Source: a virus (lineage: Duplodnaviria; Caudoviricetes). Taken from it: 64,000 nucleotides of DNA. Shown piece after piece: positions 54,017 through 63,646 of this stretch. Where the stretch lies: IMG/VR virus record IMGVR_UViG_3300002307_000048, positions 7,693-71,692 of that record. The stretch is one strand, 5' to 3'. A program made the translations under genes and the position numbers. The first letter of the stretch is position 1. Each line of letters begins with the position of its first letter. The notes beneath the pieces are model-generated. The model was not told the origin of the DNA and did not search any database. It worked only from the letters and a program-made list of their open reading frames with translations.

Positions 54017-56422
54017 TTAGGATACCGGATCCGCTGCGGCATTAGCATTATCAGCTTCAATCTGGTTCCCTTGCAATGCTTCTTGATGATCATGGGTTAA
54101 TAAAGTATTTACCAGGTCTATACCTGCCTTGCCTTTTATTAAATCCCCCTGGCCTTTTAACCTAAGATCCCAGGTGACATAATCCCAAGTACCTTTAAGA
54201 TGAATCTTATCCAAGTCATACTGTTGTTGTTGCTCCATTTCTTTCATTTTAAGACTATTTGCAGTCATTAAACTTTGATTTTGAGCAGCAGTATTGTTCT
54301 GGGTGTTTTGTGCAGCTATTTTTGCATCCATCATTTCACGCCTTTTCCGGCAAACCGTTAAATATCTGGCAGCAAGCTTCACATTATTTATTTCGCGGAT
54401 ACGAATAGCATCTTCCAGCTCAATACCTCCAGTATTATTCTGAGTACGCTGATTTTGAGCAGTTGTTATTTGCTGATCTAACCATGCCCGATCTTCATCG
54501 GTAGGGAGATCATCAACCATTATCCCAAATTCAGAAAATGCAGTATCAGCGCCAAGCTCAATAACTTTCATAGTTCCTTCTCCAAATACAGAAGTAAAGC
54601 TTTTCAAATTTTTCTTATATCGAACTAAAACCTGAATTTTATCAATAAGGCTTCTGGCTGTACCTAGCTTTATTGACTTATAACCATCTGTTATTGTAGC
54701 AAGAGAATTATTTGCACCAGCTAACGCCAATTTCGCTGTATATACTGGTTGATTTGGATTTGGAGTACTAGCGTCAGCATTTTCATTTATGCCGGTAACA
54801 CTACGGATCATTTCTATATTGAAATTGATATCAGCTACCCACTCATTCATTTGGGCTCCAATACCATTTTCCATTTCTTCCATGGGTTTGTAATTAGTCA
54901 AGTCCCCACGGATATTCTTTTTGCTCCATGGTAATACCCCTGTTTGCCTTTGCATTTTAATAATTTCAAGTGGCGTAATCACAGCGCCTTTTGCACCTGC
55001 AGGTACGTCCATCAAACCACTAATTTCAATGGCATATCCTTTTGGGGCCGCACTTGCCTTTAATGCCTGCATCTTTAACCATGAAATTTGAATAGCATTA
55101 CCAAAAGGAATCATTCTTTCAGTTTTTGAAATGATCATTCCATTAAGCATATCCGGAGCATAAATATTAAACTCTCTGAAACATTTATACATGTTGGTAG
55201 GATCCCTAGGTACATTATGGTTCGCACCCCATCCTATAACGTATTCTGTATCTACAATCCAGCATCCAGAATATAACATTTCATACTCAATACTTTCTTT
55301 AGATACAGTATTGCCAGATTTTGACTTTTTATCTTTTTCTGGATTATAGTCAAAATCAGTTTTAAACATTCTGGTATTACCGGTTGGGCTTACTGTCTTT
55401 TTATAATGGGTAGAATCAATAGTAGCTACCTCAAATTCCATTACAGGAATAGAAATAGTATCATAAGCATTCCCCACAATACCATTACGGCCCTTAATAT
55501 ACCAGCGATCATCATCCCATAATAAGTTATTTCCGCCTCTATTACAAAACTTCCTGGCTAAGGCCTTATATTGTTCATCAGTCAATGAATCACCGGCAAG
55601 CTTTCTCAGCTCAACCAATGTATATGGTCTTATTTCTCCCATGTGAGGAACGCTGGAGAAATCACAATCTTTGCTAAATGGTAAAACCATGTTCATAGCA
55701 TCAATATTTCTTACTCTCGGGAAACCGTTTGCAAGAAAAGTTGTTTTGGTACCACCGATACCATCAACCAAAAGATCCCTTTTTATTCTTTTTTCTATTT
55801 CCCTCCAATTATTCATATAGAAAACGCCTTGAAGTGCCAGTTCATAAGCTATTTCAGTATTGGTTTTGAAGGTTCCCATTGTTGAATATACATCTAGCTC
55901 CTCTATAGTTTGTGGCTCATCCCCATCGCTGGAAGTATTCATTACTTTATTACCAGCCATGGACTCAATTTTATCAAGCCATTCTTTGTTCTTTATTTGA
56001 GCAAACTTCTTCCAATACATTTGCCTTTTTTGATCCTGAGTAAGTTGATCAAGAGCTGTCAATGTAATGGGATTGTCGTATTGGATCATTTTACCAAGGG
56101 TTGCATCAATGAACCTGGCAGGAACAGAAATAACACGCCAGTCAATATTCAAATAACTTTCCTCATTATCATCATCAGTAACACGTCTTTTAAACTCGTC
56201 AGAATCTTGTGCCCCCCTGGCAATATCCCGGTTTTCCTGCATCTGATCTCTGTATTCATAGAATACACGACCTCGGCCGTTCCGGTGATCAGCATACATG
56301 GCCTTTGCGTATTGAAGCCCCCAAGCTTTGTCTTTTTTTACTGCCGGGTTTACAGAATCCTCCGGATACACAACATCGGTACCGAATTTTAAATCTTTTG
56401 ATTGAACTTCCTGATAATTCAT
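54017..56422 (-). CDS. Portal protein
   Basis: 801 aa directly after terminase; ESYLNIDW...PARF.D...G and TGINENAD segments; helical C-terminal tail. Confidence 0.85.
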   Translation of the reverse strand: MNYQEVQSKDLKFGTDVVYPEDSVNPAVKKDKAWGLQYAKAMYADHRNGRGRVFYEYRDQMQENRDIARGAQDSDEFKRRVTDDDNEESYLNIDWRVISVPARFIDATLGKMIQYDNPITLTALDQLTQDQKRQMYWKKFAQIKNKEWLDKIESMAGNKVMNTSSDGDEPQTIEELDVYSTMGTFKTNTEIAYELALQGVFYMNNWREIEKRIKRDLLVDGIGGTKTTFLANGFPRVRNIDAMNMVLPFSKDCDFSSVPHMGEIRPYTLVELRKLAGDSLTDEQYKALARKFCNRGGNNLLWDDDRWYIKGRNGIVGNAYDTISIPVMEFEVATIDSTHYKKTVSPTGNTRMFKTDFDYNPEKDKKSKSGNTVSKESIEYEMLYSGCWIVDTEYVIGWGANHNVPRDPTNMYKCFREFNIYAPDMLNGMIISKTERMIPFGNAIQISWLKMQALKASAAPKGYAIEISGLMDVPAGAKGAVITPLEIIKMQRQTGVLPWSKKNIRGDLTNYKPMEEMENGIGAQMNEWVADINFNIEMIRSVTGINENADASTPNPNQPVYTAKLALAGANNSLATITDGYKSIKLGTARSLIDKIQVLVRYKKNLKSFTSVFGEGTMKVIELGADTAFSEFGIMVDDLPTDEDRAWLDQQITTAQNQRTQNNTGGIELEDAIRIREINNVKLAARYLTVCRKRREMMDAKIAAQNTQNNTAAQNQSLMTANSLKMKEMEQQQQYDLDKIHLKGTWDYVTWDLRLKGQGDLIKGKAGIDLVNTLLTHDHQEALQGNQIEADNANAAADPVS

Positions 56423-56424
56423 GA

Positions 56425-58599
56425 TTAGGCTTTCTTAATTACGTGACCGGACTTATTATATCTGTTGAACAATACAAAATTACTGTCAAATTGTCTATCA
56501 AATCTAACTTTTTTTCTTGCTAAAAGCAAAGTAAGACCAAACGCTACAGTTAAGTCATATTTTGTAAGTTTCAAAATCTGAGCTGCTAATAAATCTTGAA
56601 GTAATATAGGATCATCCATTAATTCATAATAAGTCTCAATATATTGATCAATTGCCTCAAATTCCGCATTTTTCATTAATGTAGAACCTGCTACCCCTTG
56701 TTCATTACTATCCTGAGTACTTTTTGTCGCGCCCCAGGTACTTTCTGGCCTATTGGCAACAAATAACTCATACCCTCTTTGCATAAAATAGTTATAGCAT
56801 CCAATTTTATTTGTCTCAATAAGGGTTTCAGATCCCAACAAAAAGTGCAGCATGATCATATCTTCATAAAACACATTTGGTCCACCTGTTGGTCTTTCAC
56901 AATATCTGATAACCTGTTTATTGGTTTCCCATAAATAAAGTGGCTTATTAAGTGGATCCACATTAACATCATGCTTATACAATACCGTACATGCACCTTT
57001 AGAAGGCTTTTTACCTTTTACAACTACGTGATCATAACTATCAATGCCAGATGCAAAAACATGGTTATTAACTGGTTCCATTAAACCATCATAGGTTTTC
57101 TTAGTTTTATTGAACAATGGGTTATGAGCATCATACCATTTCGCATGAAAATAAAATCGGCCATTAGAAGATGGTACAAAAACAACATAGGTGTCTTTTG
57201 TCCGGGTTTCTCCGGTCATTGGGTTATACATTGGAACCCATTCCAGATTACCTCTTAACCATAGGTTTGCTTTATGCTCTGTTTCTTCAATACGGATAGT
57301 TATTTTTTCCTTATTGAAAGAACAATCCTCCCCTGATGCCCGAAAACCTTCTTTAACTGAGAAAGGGTTCATTCTTTTTTCAGCGGCCAGCTCTTCCCAT
57401 TTGCCCTCTTTTTTTAATGATTCCCTTATGTTTTCAAGAAAAGCCTTAGCCCCTTCTCCTTCTTTATATGGGAATTTTGGATAGGTTTTACGCAAATAAG
57501 CAAGTTGCTCTTTATCTGGAGCATCAATTATTGAGTATCCATATCTATCAACAAATCCTTCAAAACCATCAAAGGCCGGGCAGAAGTAATTTATTAATCC
57601 AGAAGTTGTAGTACCATTTACCATGGTATCCATATCTGATTCCTCCCATTGCCTGGCAAAGTTCTCTCCCCCCTCCCGTTCCATTTCAGCGACAGTTGAG
57701 GTATGCAATGAATTACCTACTTTAAAAATACCTTTTACAAGACATTTTTTTGCGTAATCCTTCCATCTGGAGTAAATATTAAATTTGACTGTTTTGCCAC
57801 ACTCATCATTATGATAGAAATTAAGCTCTGTTGAGTCATAAGCGGATTCCCCGCCATCCTCCCAATCAATCCAGGATCCCAACGCTTCGGTTTCTTTACC
57901 TCTATGAGTATTTTTTGCTGTAACTCTTTCTGCAGGGTCATTGAATATTAAAGCCTCTTTTGGATTTGTGGTACCATCCCATATTGGCCTAAAAAACTCA
58001 GGCAACATTTTCCATGGCTTTACTAAATGCTGGAGGAAAACCTTTTTAGCATCATCCCCTGTTTTTGATTGAATACCACCATGCAAATTTTCACCTTGAA
58101 TAATTGTATGATAGTTGGTGCATTGCGCCCGAGAAGTTGCGCCCTCACGTCTATGCTTCATGTAGTTCATTCCAAGGATAGTCTGGCTCCGACAAACTTG
58201 ATATTCCCAGAAGTAAAAATAGTTTCTATCTCGTATCCTTAACTGAGGATAACCGGTTCCAATCGCACCTATGTTCCACCATTGAAGATAAAAATAATGT
58301 AGTGGAGTAAGATATTCAAGCCTGCCATTGTTTAAAAACCAGTAACCTGTTTCAAAAGATCGTTCTATTTCCTGATCTTCAAATTTATCAGCCTCGTAGT
58401 TTGAAAGGGTTTTCATCCATGATCTACGTTCTTTTAGATCTGGTATTTGCCACATTTGTTCATCTTTAGGTAAATGAACATTCCCAACTTTATCCAAATT
58501 GGGAGGATCGGGTAATATTATGGATACAGGCGTAAGATCTTCATCCCAATCACAAAGTATTATTTCCTGTTGGAAATCACGATATTTCGGTATATACAT
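56425..58599 (-). CDS. terL: Terminase large subunit
   Basis: KHRREGATS Walker A-like, YHNDECGK Walker B-like, SGIDSY nuclease Asp, ETNKIG and C-terminal KYDLTVAFG. Confidence 0.88.
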   Translation of the reverse strand: MYIPKYRDFQQEIILCDWDEDLTPVSIILPDPPNLDKVGNVHLPKDEQMWQIPDLKERRSWMKTLSNYEADKFEDQEIERSFETGYWFLNNGRLEYLTPLHYFYLQWWNIGAIGTGYPQLRIRDRNYFYFWEYQVCRSQTILGMNYMKHRREGATSRAQCTNYHTIIQGENLHGGIQSKTGDDAKKVFLQHLVKPWKMLPEFFRPIWDGTTNPKEALIFNDPAERVTAKNTHRGKETEALGSWIDWEDGGESAYDSTELNFYHNDECGKTVKFNIYSRWKDYAKKCLVKGIFKVGNSLHTSTVAEMEREGGENFARQWEESDMDTMVNGTTTSGLINYFCPAFDGFEGFVDRYGYSIIDAPDKEQLAYLRKTYPKFPYKEGEGAKAFLENIRESLKKEGKWEELAAEKRMNPFSVKEGFRASGEDCSFNKEKITIRIEETEHKANLWLRGNLEWVPMYNPMTGETRTKDTYVVFVPSSNGRFYFHAKWYDAHNPLFNKTKKTYDGLMEPVNNHVFASGIDSYDHVVVKGKKPSKGACTVLYKHDVNVDPLNKPLYLWETNKQVIRYCERPTGGPNVFYEDMIMLHFLLGSETLIETNKIGCYNYFMQRGYELFVANRPESTWGATKSTQDSNEQGVAGSTLMKNAEFEAIDQYIETYYELMDDPILLQDLLAAQILKLTKYDLTVAFGLTLLLARKKVRFDRQFDSNFVLFNRYNKSGHVIKKA

Positions 58600-58608
58600 A
58601 ACAAAGTA

Positions 58609-59274
58609 TTACTTTTTTAAAGCTCTTTGTTCTATTTTCCCTTTTTTGCCATTGGTAGTATCCGATTGTGCCATTATTTTCTGCAGATCTTCGTTGCCCG
58701 CAAATAATACTTTTTCAATTTTAGTCAATTCATCATTTAATGCTATTGCATCCTTATAGTTTTGACTTTTATTACGATATGTAACCGCCATTTTTTCTGG
58801 TGTAAGGTCTTCTGGAGCTATTGCTTCCCGAACCTGAGCTGTAAGATCTGAGAAAAACTCATTACCTGTTTGCCAAAGCTCATAAAGGCGATCGTTAATT
58901 ATTTTAAAAAAACATTTCAGGATATCATTAGCCTCCTGGCAGAATCCTTGCTTTATTCCATCCAACCCATTTACCAACTGGATATTTGCTTTTTGGAAAG
59001 CTTTATTTTTACGTTCGTTAATGTTTCTTATTTGCTGGAATGGGGATTGTGGATCATAAGCATATAATATATAACGGCAAACCCAATCTCTTTTTAAAGT
59101 AAATTGGGTTTCTTCAAAGTTATAAACCACATCGTTTGTAGAATTAAACTCCGGATATGTTTTAAGCTCAGGGAAAAAGTCAATAATCCTTTTTTCAATA
59201 GGAACCGTATTAATATTGAACTTCATTTTTAAGAAGTCCTCGTCTTTTATTTTTATTTCGAAGTTATCAGCCAT
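58609..59274 (-). CDS. Hypothetical protein (possible terminase small subunit)
   Basis: Helical, 221 aa, immediately upstream of terL; positional inference only. Confidence 0.45.
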   Translation of the reverse strand: MADNFEIKIKDEDFLKMKFNINTVPIEKRIIDFFPELKTYPEFNSTNDVVYNFEETQFTLKRDWVCRYILYAYDPQSPFQQIRNINERKNKAFQKANIQLVNGLDGIKQGFCQEANDILKCFFKIINDRLYELWQTGNEFFSDLTAQVREAIAPEDLTPEKMAVTYRNKSQNYKDAIALNDELTKIEKVLFAGNEDLQKIMAQSDTTNGKKGKIEQRALKK

Positions 59275-59275
59275 A

Positions 59276-60049
59276 TTATTTCACAACTAATCCCATTACT
59301 TCTTTGAATTCCTGCTTGTAATACTTTTCTCCCTCGATAACAAGCTCAAACTCGCAATCCTGTTCGAAAATTATTTGATCCCCAGGCTTAATTTCTGGTA
59401 TCTTCCCATCATGTAACCCACAATGGGTAACAATACCATGCTGAGCAATTTTATCGGGATTAAGCTTTACTTGTAGGCCATGTTGAGAATACATATTGCT
59501 TTTATCCTCCTCAATAGGTTTCACTAAAATATGGTTTGAAAGCATTTCTATCTCTCCAGGGTATCGTACATAGCAATACAATGATGCTACATGGATACCC
59601 AGATATAAATACCCATTTTCATCCTCAACGCCATACCCAGCCTCCTGTGCTCCATCAAGAGAATTGAAGTGAAAGTAAACCCTATCCCCAACCTGAACCT
59701 TATCAAGCATATCGCTTCTCCACTCTTTTCCATTGCTTACTCGGGTAGGCATAGCTACAATACGTCCAGAAATTGAATTATGCTCTTTTGAATATGAAGT
59801 TTCAACCTCAATATCAATAGTGGATCCATCAGGGCCATGCATCCTATAAAAATTACGGCAAGGATCTGGATCTATCAAAACATAATCATACCGCATCTGT
59901 ACGTTTTTGATTATTTCTGACTTATAAAGATTTTCGAGCCATTGTTCGCGCATTATATCAGCCGGGCGGCTTAATATAAAATATTTTGGTTTTACATTTT
60001 CTCCATACTTTATGGAATCAATTTCAGAAACATGATCTTCCCAACTCAT
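59276..60049 (-). CDS. Tandem GroES-like domain protein
   Basis: Two units: DYVLIDP...GRIVAMP...VQVGDRVYF and HILVKP...GIVTHCG...IKPGDQIIF...IEGEKY. Confidence 0.7.
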   Translation of the reverse strand: MSWEDHVSEIDSIKYGENVKPKYFILSRPADIMREQWLENLYKSEIIKNVQMRYDYVLIDPDPCRNFYRMHGPDGSTIDIEVETSYSKEHNSISGRIVAMPTRVSNGKEWRSDMLDKVQVGDRVYFHFNSLDGAQEAGYGVEDENGYLYLGIHVASLYCYVRYPGEIEMLSNHILVKPIEEDKSNMYSQHGLQVKLNPDKIAQHGIVTHCGLHDGKIPEIKPGDQIIFEQDCEFELVIEGEKYYKQEFKEVMGLVVK

Positions 60050-60486
60050 AATTCAATATCCTCCAAAAATTCTACAACCATATAATTTTTACAATAACAT
60101 AAATCCAGGGGTTTCTGAGAAGAAACTTTTCCATCATCCTGAAAGGTTTGAGCAAAGCATCCAGGGACATCACCTTTTTTATGAAGTTTTGTAACATACC
60201 GTAACCAGCCATATCCTTTTTTGGATCCAGTTGCAGCCATAACAAAATCCCCTTGTTGGATATCCCGACCTAAAACTCGTATTTTTTTACCATTAAGGAA
60301 CCGGTTATTACTTTTTGAAACCTTAACAACTTCTACAGAATTATTAAATTCTAGCATTTTAACCGCATCAATAAAGAACCCTGGTGTTTTGGTTACGCAT
60401 TGTTGGGTAATGGGATTATCAATCTGGATACTTCCAGAAGGGAATACTCTTATTGTGTAATCTCCAATTTGTATTACCTGTATCAT
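60046..60486 (-). CDS. Hypothetical protein
   Basis: 146 aa; ATGA-coupled to neighbours. Confidence 0.65.
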   Translation of the reverse strand: MIQVIQIGDYTIRVFPSGSIQIDNPITQQCVTKTPGFFIDAVKMLEFNNSVEVVKVSKSNNRFLNGKKIRVLGRDIQQGDFVMAATGSKKGYGWLRYVTKLHKKGDVPGCFAQTFQDDGKVSSQKPLDLCYCKNYMVVEFLEDIEL

Positions 60487-60905
60487 AATAATCCTTTTCG
60501 TTCTAATAAATCACGCATTATATCCCAATCTACGCATGGTCTATCAAATCCATAATCAAATTTTAAAGGACAACCAATAGCAGAATCATCAATCATAAAA
60601 TGTCCATAAGCTTTTGGGCTATTTGTCCATTCATGTTGTGTAGGATTCTTTTGAATGCCAAATAGTGGTATTTCATTCTTTTCAAACCATTTTATAGCAT
60701 CAGTTAGATATGTACCGGCTTCCGCTATAATTTCAGGCAAAGTACTTATGGGTTTATAGTCATGATCACACCTCATTGTAAAAAGTATAAGATTATGCCC
60801 CTTATTAACCAGATCTTTTAAAACAGGAATAGCGCCTATATCTTCTCCAACTTTTGGGAATTCATGTCTTACACAAGTACCATCAAAATCAATCAATATA
60901 TCCAT
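60483..60905 (-). CDS. HAD-superfamily phosphatase-like protein
   Basis: IDFDGT motif I, LFTMR, IDD motif; ATG at 60905 preferred as the start. Confidence 0.8.
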   Translation of the reverse strand: MDILIDFDGTCVRHEFPKVGEDIGAIPVLKDLVNKGHNLILFTMRCDHDYKPISTLPEIIAEAGTYLTDAIKWFEKNEIPLFGIQKNPTQHEWTNSPKAYGHFMIDDSAIGCPLKFDYGFDRPCVDWDIMRDLLERKGLL

Positions 60906-60906
60906 A

Positions 60907-61167
60907 CTAATATTTTTTAAGAATTGCAATAATATCTCCTTCCTTCATTACAACATGATCCTGATCCTTATATTCAACCATAGTACCCATCCAGGTACTA
61001 TACAGAACATAATCCCCTACATGTAATGTATCAATATCAGGCCCAACCATAATTATTGTTCCCTTATTGTTTTTTTTAATAATGGTATCTGGTACAATTA
61101 TACCACTATCCCGCTTATAGCTATCAGGATCCGGTAATACCATGATGTTATTTTCGGTCATTCTCAT
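60907..61167 (-). CDS. groES: Co-chaperonin GroES homolog
   Basis: SGIIVP mobile loop, GTIIMVGP, VGDYVLY, VMKEGDIIAIL. Confidence 0.88.
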   Translation of the reverse strand: MRMTENNIMVLPDPDSYKRDSGIIVPDTIIKKNNKGTIIMVGPDIDTLHVGDYVLYSTWMGTMVEYKDQDHVVMKEGDIIAILKKY

Positions 61168-61475
61168 ATAACCTCCTTTTTTTCACCGGTGAAAAAATCA
61201 TCATCATATTCAACGATCATTGGAACATTGTAAAACTTTTTCCAGCAATATGCTTCGCCATTGGAATTTTTACGCCACAAATAGTAAACCATATCACCTT
61301 TTTCAAGAAAAGCTTCCTTGTCCTGAGTAATCAATGAAATAATCTCTTTACCTGTGCTCTTATCAATCTGAGGAGAGGCATAATACATTTCAGAGGTTTT
61401 CAAAGGAATTATAATCCTTCTGATTGGCCTATCAATGAAAATTCTACCTTCTTCGGTTATTGTGATTTCTTCCAT
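61164..61475 (-). CDS. Hypothetical protein
   Basis: 103-aa ORF in a packed operon. Confidence 0.55.
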   Translation of the reverse strand: MEEITITEEGRIFIDRPIRRIIIPLKTSEMYYASPQIDKSTGKEIISLITQDKEAFLEKGDMVYYLWRKNSNGEAYCWKKFYNVPMIVEYDDDFFTGEKKEVI

Positions 61476-61918
61476 AAAAGATTTTTTGATGAAAATGATC
61501 TGTAAATGTCCTGGATCTTAAAAAAGTATTGGATCCTACCTAACGGCATGATGCTATCAACCTCATCTGGTTGATCTGGCTTAGATAAATATACAAATAC
61601 GCTATATTTACCATCCATGCCTAATACCGGCCTTAAAACAAGGCTTAAAGTACCTCTCATGACAATAGAATATTCCGGAATAGAATCTTCCTTTTTTGAA
61701 AAACCAAATTCCAATAATAAATTTTCAGAAATTTGAGAAGGAAAAGCTTCTTCCAGTACAGCATTAACTTCATCAGGAACCCCTATAACAACTTTATTTT
61801 TACCATCATAACAAGTTACTCCAGCAACCTCAAGTTGTATCATACTGCCATCATCAAAACGGCAATCCGCCAAACTCCCTATTGAAAGCAATGGCGCAAA
61901 ATCATGAATACTTTGCAT
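61457..61918 (-). CDS. Hypothetical phage protein
   Basis: 153 aa with ISENLLLEFGF segment. Confidence 0.65.
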   Translation of the reverse strand: MQSIHDFAPLLSIGSLADCRFDDGSMIQLEVAGVTCYDGKNKVVIGVPDEVNAVLEEAFPSQISENLLLEFGFSKKEDSIPEYSIVMRGTLSLVLRPVLGMDGKYSVFVYLSKPDQPDEVDSIMPLGRIQYFFKIQDIYRSFSSKNLLWKKSQ

Positions 61919-61919
61919 C

Positions 61920-62585
61920 TCAAAGTACTTTTATATCATATTTTTCAACCCATTCCGAAGCATTTAAACCCTCTTTAGTTTCACCCATAACGGTCAACGC
62001 CAGTAATTGTTCAGGTGTGCCCATAAATAAATCTCCATCCAATACCATACCAGACTCTTTGGTCTTATCGGTATATTGCCAGAATGTAGCTCTATCCCAT
62101 CCATTATATGGAACTGCAGGGTTATTTTGATAACAAGCATCCCATAACAAATATCGGCTCATGTTAATACCTGGCTGGTTCTTCTTTAAGAAAAACTTGT
62201 TGGTATAAATAATCGGAGCATGACCAGATAAGTGTTCCAACTGTGTAAGGAAACTTGAAACCGACTCAGCAAGATTTAATGGAGATAACATACAGTTAGG
62301 ATCTTCCAAATCCAATACTGGTGGCAAGGAATATTCATCCATGTACGGATTTATGGTATCCCAGAAGTGTTGAGCTTGTGTTATTGGATTTGCTGCAGCA
62401 ACAAAATAATGATAAAAACCCACTAATAAATGGGTTTTAGGGACATTTGTTCCATGCTCATCCAACTTAGGGTCAACTCCATTAGCCCCCTGTGTGGCCT
62501 TGATAAAACAAAATCCCAAACTCGATTTTTCAAGTAAAGAATAATCTACCGTCTGGTAGTGAGATACGTCAATTCCTTTGATCAT
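61920..62585 (-). CDS. GH25 lysozyme (endolysin)
   Basis: GIDVSHYQ, FIKATQG, GFYHYF and PPVLDLE catalytic motifs. Confidence 0.93.
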   Translation of the reverse strand: MIKGIDVSHYQTVDYSLLEKSSLGFCFIKATQGANGVDPKLDEHGTNVPKTHLLVGFYHYFVAAANPITQAQHFWDTINPYMDEYSLPPVLDLEDPNCMLSPLNLAESVSSFLTQLEHLSGHAPIIYTNKFFLKKNQPGINMSRYLLWDACYQNNPAVPYNGWDRATFWQYTDKTKESGMVLDGDLFMGTPEQLLALTVMGETKEGLNASEWVEKYDIKVL

Positions 62586-62607
62586 GTGATATTATATAAT
62601 TAAAATT

Positions 62608-63096
62608 TTACCGTTTCTTCTTTGCCCTGAAACCATTTTTTGCCATAAACTTATCATTGCTCATACCTCTGGTAAGTTTCTTTGCCTGTTCTCTGGCCGC
62701 TGCTGACTTCCCAACCTTATTGCACTCATAAACCTCCCCATCTATCTCAATAGTTGTCCTATACCTATCCCTGACTGGCGTAAGCTGCAACTTTCGCTGG
62801 TGCTTATCCATAAAGTCCCATATTTCCAACTTCTCCAGGTACGTCATTCTGATCTTTCCCATTGACTTCCCATTACCGTTAAACTCCTCATGCAAGATAT
62901 ATTCATCATCTGCCGGTATAGGATTATCAATATCTTCCTGAATTAACCGCTTACGAAGCTCTACAGACGATTTAAATACTATACCTGCACATTCTATTGC
63001 CCCGTAGTCTAAATCGGCGCTTAAAACGATTTTACTACCTGAAATTTCTACTGATCGTTGTAATGAGATTGTTCCTATTTTCGTTTCCTCAGACAT
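62608..63096 (-). CDS. Hypothetical protein
   Basis: ATG at 63096 (MSEETKIG) lies just downstream of minus-strand promoter boxes; the track start is probably too long. Confidence 0.65.
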   Translation of the reverse strand: MSEETKIGTISLQRSVEISGSKIVLSADLDYGAIECAGIVFKSSVELRKRLIQEDIDNPIPADDEYILHEEFNGNGKSMGKIRMTYLEKLEIWDFMDKHQRKLQLTPVRDRYRTTIEIDGEVYECNKVGKSAAAREQAKKLTRGMSNDKFMAKNGFRAKKKR

Positions 63097-63102
63097 TGGC
63101 CT

Positions 63103-63159
63103 TATCTTTGAACTGCAAACATAAACAAATTTAATACAAATCAATGGAATCCTCACAAA
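63103..63159. promoter_or_regulatory. Overlapping divergent Bacteroidota-type promoters
   Basis: Plus-strand TATCTTTG at 63103-63110; minus-strand TATGTTTG at 63116-63123 and TAAATTTG at 63126-63133, with TTTG at 63156-63159. Confidence 0.6.
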
Positions 63160-63362
63160 AAATGTCTCAGAACCAGATAAAAGATTTCTGGCTCAATCGC
63201 GCCAAAGACATGGGGCTATCTCAACAAGATATCCTAAGCGATACTCCTGACATGATTCGCATGCTAACCGCAGCACAGGAATCTTACGGATCCTCTTTCT
63301 GGTCCAATAATAACCAAATCGAAGATGTCATAAATGAGTGTTTACTCCGAAAACAGAAGTAA
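63144..63362 (+). CDS. Hypothetical protein
   Basis: 72 aa; first plus-strand ORF after the divergent promoter. Confidence 0.55.
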   Translation: MESSQKMSQNQIKDFWLNRAKDMGLSQQDILSDTPDMIRMLTAAQESYGSSFWSNNNQIEDVINECLLRKQK

Positions 63363-63402
63363 AACATTAATAATCAACTACTTAAACACGTTAATTTCTG
63401 CG

Positions 63403-63646
63403 AGTTTCGGAATCCGAAATTGACGAAACTTTATTATTTAATTCTTTTTCAATTACTTATAGAGGTCTTGTTTTTTTAGTGTTTTTTTTAGGATTTGGAT
63501 ATATATATATTATATATTAATATAACAATAAGGTATAACTTTTAAAAATCGAAAAAATTTAACTCAGTAAAAACACCATTACGACTCCATAACTACCAAT
63601 AAATAACATACTTACGAACTTTCTTCTAATTTCGGATTCCGAAACT
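63403..63646. repeat. 19-bp perfect inverted repeat pair flanking an AT-rich core
   Basis: AGTTTCGGAATCCGAAATT at 63403-63421 and its reverse complement at 63628-63646. Confidence 0.9.

Noticed and set aside
22741-62585. Numerous short plus-strand ORFs (60-170 aa) in the track
   Set aside because: They are antisense shadows of long motif-bearing minus-strand genes, with no motifs or promoters of their own.
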